A stretch of DNA of 64,000 bases, taken from positions 1 through 64,000 of the IMG/VR virus record IMGVR_UViG_3300017917_004642; one strand, written 5' to 3'. How positions within the stretch are numbered: the stretch's first letter is position 1; each line of letters opens with the position of its first letter. Below the pieces are notes generated by a model. It was not told where the DNA came from and did not search any database. It saw only the letters and a program-made list of their open reading frames with translations. The stretch is from a virus. Below are positions 9,902 to 17,426 of this stretch, piece by piece. The position numbers and the translations under genes are program-made.

Positions 9902-10336
9902 ATGGAATTATTCGATATAATTAAAACTATATTCAAATCTGATAAAGATTGGAAGAACGTAGGAAGAAATGACAAGGTTAGAAATTTCTTTATGATAAAT
10001 CGAATTATGTCTATCCAATTCCCTGCTCAGGCAAATCAGTTTAATCATACGAAAGTTTCTCCTAGACCGGTAGTAGATTGGTGGCACAACACTTTGTCTA
10101 AGCACTACAGCAAACAGCCAAGCTGGATTTTTACAAGCACCAAAAAGAAAGCTAAAACGGAGGAAAAGAAAGATCCCGAAATTTATTCAGCTGCAGAAGA
10201 ATTTATAATTAAAAGATTTGAGATATCTAAGAGAGAAATCTCAGATCTAAAGAAATTCTATCCTGAGAAATACCAAACGTGGATAAAATCAATAAATGAC
10301 CAGATAGGATCTGTTTCAAAAAAAGAAGATATATAA
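9902..10336 (+). CDS. Possible clamp loader small subunit (gp62-like)
   Basis: MELFDIIKTI...FFMINRIMS...ANQFN loosely resembles gp62; same operon as gp44. Start set at ATG 9902. Confidence 0.45.
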   Translation: MELFDIIKTIFKSDKDWKNVGRNDKVRNFFMINRIMSIQFPAQANQFNHTKVSPRPVVDWWHNTLSKHYSKQPSWIFTSTKKKAKTEEKKDPEIYSAAEEFIIKRFEISKREISDLKKFYPEKYQTWIKSINDQIGSVSKKEDI

Positions 10337-10352
10337 AGTAATTACTTTCCTT

Positions 10353-10895
10353 ATGCACAAAGATTTTCAAAAATTGATCGATAAATTAATCCAAAGTTTA
10401 GATTGGGATTCGATATTTACTATTCACCAGGCATTCAAATTTGGTGTTGGTGAAGGTAGCGAAGTCATTCCTGGCTTAAAGAGGAAGGTATTTAGCGAAA
10501 ACCTATCGAAAAACGATATTAAAAACGAGCTAAAGACACTCTTGAAGTTTGTTATCGAGAATGATTTAAACAAGATGGTATATGGACAGTGGATGATCTT
10601 TTGGTTCAACCAGGAGTGGGATATTGACCAGGAACTGGAAATGGGAGAAGACATTGATGAGGATGAAGAAATGGAGATTGAATTCTATATTACCGAGTCC
10701 AGAATTGAAGTGATCTATGCTCCTCAAAGAATTTGTCTAACTGTCGATGCTAACTCTGGTCAACTTCCTGTTGCTGCACAATCTGATTATTCAACTTTAC
10801 AATCTATGCTGGAAAAAGCTCTTGCAAAAGAAGACTATGAATTAGCACAAAAACTTCAAGAAATCTTAAAGCTCACAAATAACACTGAGCAGTGA
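10353..10895 (+). CDS. Hypothetical protein with a C-terminal UVR (UvrB/UvrC) motif
   Basis: LQSMLEKALAKEDYELAQKLQEIL; GATATATA at 10328. Confidence 0.7.
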   Translation: MHKDFQKLIDKLIQSLDWDSIFTIHQAFKFGVGEGSEVIPGLKRKVFSENLSKNDIKNELKTLLKFVIENDLNKMVYGQWMIFWFNQEWDIDQELEMGEDIDEDEEMEIEFYITESRIEVIYAPQRICLTVDANSGQLPVAAQSDYSTLQSMLEKALAKEDYELAQKLQEILKLTNNTEQ

Positions 10896-10921
10896 GATAA
10901 ATACAATAAATAAGTTTTACT

Positions 10922-11404
10922 TTGAATCACATTTTAACCATAAACGAATATTTTGACTCCGGTATCTTTGGTGATACGTATGGATATGGCGGTGCTAATG
11001 GAATCTTCAAAGTTACTTATAAACCGTATAGGGATCTTGCGGTTACCGTAGGACCAGATCCTAACGTACCCAGAGATATTGAAGGATCTAAATTTCAGGT
11101 TGGTGACATTGTATTAGGCATTCCTTTAAATTCTAAAAAGAAGGTGGCAGGGATGGTAGTAAAAAATGTAAGAACACCGGACAATAAAAGCTATAGATAT
11201 TTTGTTCAAGTTCATCAAAGAGGTAAAAAGGATGAAAATGTCCTTGAGCTAGTTCCAGATACTGTTGAATTTGTCGATATGGGAGATAAAGGTCATAGAC
11301 AAGTAGTTTCTCAGTACAAGTTTAACAATTTACCTGCTGACGTTTATAACTCTAAAACAGTTTACAATAACCCTGGACTGGGTATTGAAGCTGTTGGTGG
11401 ATAA
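10922..11404 (+). CDS. Hypothetical, probable head-associated protein
   Basis: TTG start; N-terminal HILTINEY resembles a capsid-targeting motif; GATAAATA at 10896. Confidence 0.65.
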   Translation: MNHILTINEYFDSGIFGDTYGYGGANGIFKVTYKPYRDLAVTVGPDPNVPRDIEGSKFQVGDIVLGIPLNSKKKVAGMVVKNVRTPDNKSYRYFVQVHQRGKKDENVLELVPDTVEFVDMGDKGHRQVVSQYKFNNLPADVYNSKTVYNNPGLGIEAVGG

Positions 11405-11433
11405 GGAACTTTCCTAGACTTATTCTCTAGAGA
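11405..11433 (+). promoter_or_regulatory. Putative ECF-like promoter, GGAACT-N15-TCTAGAGA
   Basis: Recurrent motif immediately before the ATG at 11439. Confidence 0.45.
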
Positions 11434-11438
11434 TCTAG

Positions 11439-12326
11439 ATGATTCTGAGTAAAACCCCACACAAGTTGGGATGCGTTATTAAAAACAATCTTACCGCATT
11501 TGATCCTAATACAGGCAGATTCGAGTTTGTTGAAAAAATTCTAAATTGCGTTGAGTCTAACCATAAACTTGGTATCGAATTAACATGTTTTGAATTACCT
11601 CAGGATAGCTCAGGTTTCCCAGACTTTTGTGTTGTTGAAGAGGATGAAATTGAAAACGATATCTTAGATAAATTAGCTTTCTTTGTTAGGAATAGCTCAC
11701 ATAAAATTTTCTTTATGCTACCTCAGCACTATTTTCTGGGAAGCCAAATAGAATCTGTTGTGTCTGATACCTCAGCTTTACTTTACAAGATTTCATATTT
11801 TCTTGAACATCTTGGTATTCAATCATCTTCAATAATAATTAGAATTGGTAGTGCATACGGGAATAGAAAAACGACTATGACCCGTTTTAACACAGAAGTT
11901 AATGGATTACATTCCGGTGTAAGAAAATTATTGTGCGTAACAAACGATGAAAAGCCAAGCCTTTTCTCTGTAACTGATCTTATGTCGGGTGTTTTTTACT
12001 CTACAAATTTACCTATTTGCTTTCGATTTCTTCCACATCAGTTTAATTCTGGCGGACTGTCTGCCAGAGAGGCTTTGTTCCTAAGCTGTTCGACGTGGCA
12101 GGATGGAGTTAAACCAATTTTCATCCACGCAGAATCGAATGAATGCGACGAGAATGGATTAGCCTTATCGGTTTCTCCTAGCCCTTTACTTAAACATAGG
12201 ATACCAACTTTTGGTCTGGATGTTGATGTTATTATTGACAATTCGGATCCAAAAAATTCCTGTATTAAGTACCTGGCAGAATCATACGGTCTTAAACCGA
12301 TGGTTATAAATAAAGTCTCAAAGTAA
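11439..12326 (+). CDS. uvsE: UV-damage endonuclease (UvsE/UVDE)-like protein with a degenerate active site
   Basis: IIIRIGSAYGNRKTTMTRF, LCVTNDEKPSLFSVTDL, EALFLSCSTW..G.KP follow the UvsE layout; metal ligands substituted. Confidence 0.75.
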   Translation: MILSKTPHKLGCVIKNNLTAFDPNTGRFEFVEKILNCVESNHKLGIELTCFELPQDSSGFPDFCVVEEDEIENDILDKLAFFVRNSSHKIFFMLPQHYFLGSQIESVVSDTSALLYKISYFLEHLGIQSSSIIIRIGSAYGNRKTTMTRFNTEVNGLHSGVRKLLCVTNDEKPSLFSVTDLMSGVFYSTNLPICFRFLPHQFNSGGLSAREALFLSCSTWQDGVKPIFIHAESNECDENGLALSVSPSPLLKHRIPTFGLDVDVIIDNSDPKNSCIKYLAESYGLKPMVINKVSK

Positions 12327-12350
12327 TTTTTTATTTACGACTTAAGAGCA

Positions 12351-12358
12351 TAAGTTTG
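12351..12358 (+). promoter_or_regulatory. Bacteroidota -7 element TAAGTTTG
   Basis: TAnnTTTG upstream of the glycosylase gene. Confidence 0.55.
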
Positions 12359-12372
12359 TAAAAAGAAAAAAA

Positions 12373-13167
12373 ATGCCAGAATTAGCCGAGCTGAAATTAA
12401 CAGCAGATTTTATAAACCGACATTCTGAAGGTAAAGTTTTCCATTCAATTTGGAAAAACCCAGTGCACAAAGGTAATGAAGTTAGGTTTTCATATCCCTT
12501 TGAATTGAAAGCATTCTCAAGAGGAAAGGAACTAATGCTTCAGGTTTTTGCTGCTGATTGTTTTTTAACCGATGCCAATAACGAGTTTATCCCTTTAATG
12601 ATGACCATGGGCATGTCAGGTCATTTCCAATGGGCACATAAAAACGACAGACCTAAACACACCCACCTTGCTTTCGATTGTGATGAAGATAGTCTTTGTT
12701 TTGTAGACGTTAGAAGGTTTGGCAGATGGAATTTTGGGTGGTGGAATTCAAACAGAGGTCCAGATCCAACATTGAACTTCAACGAATTTGTTGAGAACAT
12801 ACAGAAAAAAGGATTGCAGAGTAAAGAATTCCAAAAGCCAATTCACGAGGTACTGATGAACCAAACTTACTTTAACGGGATTGGAAATTATCTTAGAGCA
12901 GAGATTCTTTATAGAGTTGATTGCAATCCTTTCGTTTCTGCCGAGAGAGCAATAAAAGAACATCCAGAAATCTTGGACCTTTGTAGAGACATTCCTCTTC
13001 TATCGTACAGTCTGGGCGGGGGTAGGTTAAAAGATTGGAAAAACCCGAATGGAGAGGAGCCACCAAAAAATTGGGGCGAATTCATGAAATGTTATGCAAT
13101 CAAAGGAATGGAAAAAATACAGGATAAAAACGGTCGTACTTTTTGGTACGATCCCAAATGGAAATAA
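12373..13167 (+). CDS. nei: Fpg/Nei-family DNA glycosylase/AP lyase, NEIL1-like
   Basis: MPELAE, RGKEL, GMSG, FVDVRRFGRW, H2TH motif FNGIGNYLRAEILYR, zincless finger QDKNGRTFW. Confidence 0.92.
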   Translation: MPELAELKLTADFINRHSEGKVFHSIWKNPVHKGNEVRFSYPFELKAFSRGKELMLQVFAADCFLTDANNEFIPLMMTMGMSGHFQWAHKNDRPKHTHLAFDCDEDSLCFVDVRRFGRWNFGWWNSNRGPDPTLNFNEFVENIQKKGLQSKEFQKPIHEVLMNQTYFNGIGNYLRAEILYRVDCNPFVSAERAIKEHPEILDLCRDIPLLSYSLGGGRLKDWKNPNGEEPPKNWGEFMKCYAIKGMEKIQDKNGRTFWYDPKWK

Positions 13168-13169
13168 AA

Positions 13170-13880
13170 ATGATAGCAAAAGAAATTTTAAATAAGTGTC
13201 TCTTTTTTGACGTTGAAACCGCTGGGTGTGCACCAGACTATGAACATCTTAAGAATGAAAACCCAAGACTTGCTAAGCTTTTCAACAGAAGACTAAAATA
13301 CTATCAAGGAACACCAGAGTTCCAGAATTCCACTATAGATGAGGTCTTTTTGAGTAAATCTGGATTAGAACCAGAATACGCAAAAATAGTCTGCGTTTCT
13401 TTTGGTACTCTGTTTATTGATTCTGATGGTGTACAAAAAAATAAACTGATCTCTTTTTACGGTGAAGACGAGACGGAAATTTTAATTAAATCAAACAAAG
13501 TTTTTTCAAATGCAGCATCGAAGGGAATGAAAATATGCGGCCACAACATTAAAGGATTCGATGTCCCATGTTTAGGAAAACGCATGCTTTACAATTCAAT
13601 TGAACCTGCTGGGATTCTTAACATCTGGGACAAGAAACCGTGGGAGGTCCCATTCCTGGACACATCTGAAGTCTTTTCTTTCGGATCGTGGTCTCAACAG
13701 AAATATCTAAGTCTTGATCTGCTGGCATGTTCTTTAGGTGTAGATTCACCCAAAGAGGATATCGACGGATCTCAAGTACACAACACATTTTGGCAAGAGA
13801 AAGACTACGAAAAGATAAAAATCTATTGTGAGAAAGACGTTGAAACAGTCATAAACGTCTTGAATAAGATTTCACACTAA
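13170..13880 (+). CDS. Stand-alone DEDD 3'-5' exonuclease (PolB-exo related)
   Basis: FFDVET, GHNIKGFDVP, FLDT, SLDLLAC.LGV.SPKEDIDGSQV, YCEKDV. Confidence 0.85.
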   Translation: MIAKEILNKCLFFDVETAGCAPDYEHLKNENPRLAKLFNRRLKYYQGTPEFQNSTIDEVFLSKSGLEPEYAKIVCVSFGTLFIDSDGVQKNKLISFYGEDETEILIKSNKVFSNAASKGMKICGHNIKGFDVPCLGKRMLYNSIEPAGILNIWDKKPWEVPFLDTSEVFSFGSWSQQKYLSLDLLACSLGVDSPKEDIDGSQVHNTFWQEKDYEKIKIYCEKDVETVINVLNKISH

Positions 13881-13900
13881 ACCCGCTTTACTTTTTACTG

Positions 13901-13940
13901 AAAGATTGTTTGGATATATAGTCCAAACAATCTTTTTTTT
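13901..13940 (+). terminator. 14-bp hairpin with U-tract; a late promoter octamer overlaps the loop
   Basis: AAAGATTGTTTGGA-tatatag-TCCAAACAATCTTT-ttttt. Confidence 0.75.
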
Positions 13941-14729
13941 GTGGACCCAGTAAAAAGCTTTTCCGATTTTTTATTTGAGAACAAGGTAGGTTCTTTTTAT
14001 AACGATGAGTTAAATCCGAAGTTCTGGGATAAGCATGTTAATAAAGAGGGATCTGTTAAATACGAGTTCGATCCAATCGTCAGAAAAAAACTTCTGAAGA
14101 TAGCTGATGACTTCTTTTCCAAGTTTGGAGATTTATTAGGTGGTGCCAAAATACAGGATATCCAGCTCACTGGCTCGTTAGCAAATTTTAATTACACGGA
14201 TTATTCTGATCTAGATGTCCATGTCCTAATTAATTTTAGTGATGTTGATGCTCCGAAGGATTTGTTAAAGTCTGCAATAGACGGTATTAGATTTATTTGG
14301 AATCTAAGACATGATGTAATAATTAGAGGTCATGATGTGGAATTGTACCTACAGGATGCGAAAGAACCCCACGTAGCATCTGGTCTATTTTCACTAAAGG
14401 ATAACGAATGGATTAAAAAGCCAAAATTCGATCCTCCGACTGTAGATGATCAGGACGTACAGAAAAAATTTGATGGTATCGCTTCAGATATCAATCAGCT
14501 TGAATCCAAATTATTGCTTGTTAAAAACATGCCATCCGATGCAAAAGAACTTTACAAAAGAGCAAACAAGGTAAAGGAAAAATTGCAAAAGATGAGAAAA
14601 GAAGATCTTGCAAAGAATGGTGAATTCTCTGTTGGTAATCTTGCCTTTAAGAAGCTTAGAAATGAGGGATATATAGAAAAGCTCATAGATATTATCTCTG
14701 GAGCATATGGAAGAATCTACTCAGAATAA
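13941..14729 (+). CDS. Pol-beta-superfamily nucleotidyltransferase, probably virion-packaged
   Basis: LTGSLANFNYTDYSDLDVHV (GS...DxD) and DVELY; N-terminal SFSDFLFE motif; GTG start. Confidence 0.8.
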   Translation: MDPVKSFSDFLFENKVGSFYNDELNPKFWDKHVNKEGSVKYEFDPIVRKKLLKIADDFFSKFGDLLGGAKIQDIQLTGSLANFNYTDYSDLDVHVLINFSDVDAPKDLLKSAIDGIRFIWNLRHDVIIRGHDVELYLQDAKEPHVASGLFSLKDNEWIKKPKFDPPTVDDQDVQKKFDGIASDINQLESKLLLVKNMPSDAKELYKRANKVKEKLQKMRKEDLAKNGEFSVGNLAFKKLRNEGYIEKLIDIISGAYGRIYSE

Positions 14730-14740
14730 AAGAAGCTAAA

Positions 14741-17371
14741 ATGATTTTAATTTTTAAAAGAGGGTCAAAGTTTAAGGGAACCGTCGGCAACGAAGATATT
14801 GATGCCGAAGGTAATACCTTTCCCCTAATATCACTTCCTGTAAACGAAGAAGGATCTCCCACAGAGTTAAACGATTTCCAGTGGTGGGCTTTTACAGATC
14901 AATGGAATCAATGGCTTAAAAAGAACCCAAGAGAATGGACTGCAGAATCGAGTCAAAGTCCTATTGACAATGCTCAAAAGATCTGGGAAGAAGTTTTCAA
15001 CAAGCCTAATCCATATTCTCAATTTTTCAACTTTCAGGTTTCTTCAATTCTGGAAAAAGGTAAAATATCTTCTTTCGATGAATTTGCAAAAGTTTATGAA
15101 GCGGAAGAAGCAGATGCATCCGGTGTTACCAAAAAATTTATAAAACTAGGCTACGCAATCGAAGCATTAGTAAAGGCGGGAACTCTAAAACCTGATCTTT
15201 CCTTAGATGATGTCAGAGACGGAGAAAAGATTGCACTTGTTGTTGATTTTAGAGACGAGAAAGGAAATGCAATCCTCGAAAGTAGACAGGCATTAAGATT
15301 TGCAAAGATTAAAGATACAGAAAAGCTAACCCTTGGTCTAATTGACTATAGCATCCCGATCGGTGAAATAAAAGATGATCCAGGATCACTATTGAAAAAA
15401 GTCGGTGAATATGCAGCCGCAGTTTTAGTTGGCGGAATAGCAGTTGGCAGTCTAATTCTGGTTGGACAGGTTGCTGGTGGTTTGGCTAGTGCTTGGGCTT
15501 TGAATAAAGCGGTAAGAGGTGTCTACTCAAATTTTGCAAAACCTCAGAGTGTTTCTAAAGTTGTGAATTCTCCTGGTATGTGGGACAAAATCAAAAACTT
15601 TGGATCCTCGATATTTGGTAGAGGAGCAGCTTCTTCAGCATCTGGTGTTGCAAATGCTGCTAGAGTAGTTTTACCGTCTGGAGCCTATGTTGAAGGCGGG
15701 ATTGCTTATAATGCAGCGGGAACAGCATTGAGAGGTGCTGCTGCAAAGGGAGTACAGGCAGCAGCCGCAAGGACAGTTACTGCAGGAGCAGCTCAGGCAG
15801 CAGCTGCTGGTGGTAGCGGATTGGCTGCAGCTGAAGCATCAAATCCAGTAGGGTGGATAATTGCTGCAGCGTCAGCAGTAGCTTCTGCAGGTCAGCAGTT
15901 GTATAACTGGATGAGTGATAAACAGGCTCCTAAATTTGGTGATGTAGATGACTTCGCTAAGGGTGAATTCAAACCTGCTCAGATTCCAGTTGGAAAGCCC
16001 ATTACTATCTGTTGGACCAGCGATGGCGGTGCAGGTTTTTGGGGTGGAGTGCTTAAGGTTTTAACACTTTCTAAAGACGACACAAGAACAACCATGGACC
16101 TAGTTAAGATAGGTGATTTTGGCGGTAGGTCTATCTTTATACTTCTTGATGTGCATTCTCAGTCAATGGAAAAAACACTTAAAGAGAATGATCTAATAAT
16201 GTTGTCATTTGACAATGATGTAACTTTCGAAAGAGGGTATCTTGATAATGATGATCTTGAATTCAACACGATTGCAATTCCTGACATGAAAGCATTCATG
16301 ATATCGACATCTTTCGTCGGATATTGTTCGTGGGAAGATATGCAGGAAGCATACAGTAAAGCACCTGATGTTCCATTTGTTGTACCAGAAAATGCCCCAG
16401 AAGAATATCAGTTTAATTACACCAACAATAAAGGAGAAAAGATAAACGTAAATGGTAGTCTTTTATCTGCTGAAGAACTAGAGCAGATGAACATCGAAGA
16501 AATTCTACCAACTACTTCTGAGATTGCTACATCAGAGTCTTTCCAAGATTACAGAAACTATAAAATTATCAATGAGGATTCAAGAGTTTTGTCTTTTGCT
16601 GATTTTAGCTCATCTCTTATCGTGGAGGCAGAGAAAAAATCGGATTCAAAAAAGGAATCTGAAAAAATAATTGATCAATGGGTAAACGATTACACCAAAG
16701 ATTCTAACGTTGCTAAAGGCCAAGAATTGCAAGCCAAAAAGACAGAAAGCAGCTATGGTCAGGTTTCTATGCCTGTTTACAAGGCAACTGAAATTCAATT
16801 TGTAGATCCAAATTCAAAAGGAGAAGTTCCTAAATTTAGATATTTCATCGTTGGTGACGAAAGCTTGGATGCAGAAAAGGATGAAGCGATCAACGTTGAG
16901 GTTACATCTAGCGATGCAGTAAATGCACCAAGATACGGACTTGCAACCTACGTACCTCCTGCACAGAAAGAAGAGGAAAGTGAGGAAGATTCGGAGGAAG
17001 GAGTTAAACCAATCACGCAAGAAGATCTTGAGAAATCTCCAGAGTTTGTGACAAACAGGGAAGACGTTGACGTCAAGCAAAAGAAAAATTCACTAGTTAT
17101 CTCAGATACTGATACTGAAACAGAAGAAGACGTAAATGTACTGGAAGACTTTGTTACAGAATTGGACAAAAAGGAATTGGGCATTAAAGACTGGAAAAAC
17201 CTAACAAAAATGACAGTTAGGTACGATAGCTCAAAGAACCCAGTTAAAGTAATACTTAGAAACAAGTTCGGCGGCGAAGACAAGGTTAGAAGAATCAGAA
17301 AGGGAGAAGCAGGTTTTGATGCAGCGGTTAAGCTCGTCGACAAGGTGAAATCTGGAATTAAATACGATTGA
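14741..17371 (+). CDS. Large hypothetical virion protein with hydrophobic and Ala/Gly-rich segments
   Basis: AAAVLVGGIAVGSLILVG, NPVGWIIAAASAVASAG; GATATATA at 14668. Confidence 0.7.
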   Translation: MILIFKRGSKFKGTVGNEDIDAEGNTFPLISLPVNEEGSPTELNDFQWWAFTDQWNQWLKKNPREWTAESSQSPIDNAQKIWEEVFNKPNPYSQFFNFQVSSILEKGKISSFDEFAKVYEAEEADASGVTKKFIKLGYAIEALVKAGTLKPDLSLDDVRDGEKIALVVDFRDEKGNAILESRQALRFAKIKDTEKLTLGLIDYSIPIGEIKDDPGSLLKKVGEYAAAVLVGGIAVGSLILVGQVAGGLASAWALNKAVRGVYSNFAKPQSVSKVVNSPGMWDKIKNFGSSIFGRGAASSASGVANAARVVLPSGAYVEGGIAYNAAGTALRGAAAKGVQAAAARTVTAGAAQAAAAGGSGLAAAEASNPVGWIIAAASAVASAGQQLYNWMSDKQAPKFGDVDDFAKGEFKPAQIPVGKPITICWTSDGGAGFWGGVLKVLTLSKDDTRTTMDLVKIGDFGGRSIFILLDVHSQSMEKTLKENDLIMLSFDNDVTFERGYLDNDDLEFNTIAIPDMKAFMISTSFVGYCSWEDMQEAYSKAPDVPFVVPENAPEEYQFNYTNNKGEKINVNGSLLSAEELEQMNIEEILPTTSEIATSESFQDYRNYKIINEDSRVLSFADFSSSLIVEAEKKSDSKKESEKIIDQWVNDYTKDSNVAKGQELQAKKTESSYGQVSMPVYKATEIQFVDPNSKGEVPKFRYFIVGDESLDAEKDEAINVEVTSSDAVNAPRYGLATYVPPAQKEEESEEDSEEGVKPITQEDLEKSPEFVTNREDVDVKQKKNSLVISDTDTETEEDVNVLEDFVTELDKKELGIKDWKNLTKMTVRYDSSKNPVKVILRNKFGGEDKVRRIRKGEAGFDAAVKLVDKVKSGIKYD

Positions 17372-17404
17372 TAAAAAAGGTCAATTTTTCTCAGAAAGAG
17401 AGAA

Positions 17405-17412
17405 GATATATA
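17405..17412 (+). promoter_or_regulatory. Putative late promoter GATATATA
   Basis: Intergenic, just before the prohead protease gene. Confidence 0.65.
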
Positions 17413-17426
17413 AGCTTAAATAAAAG

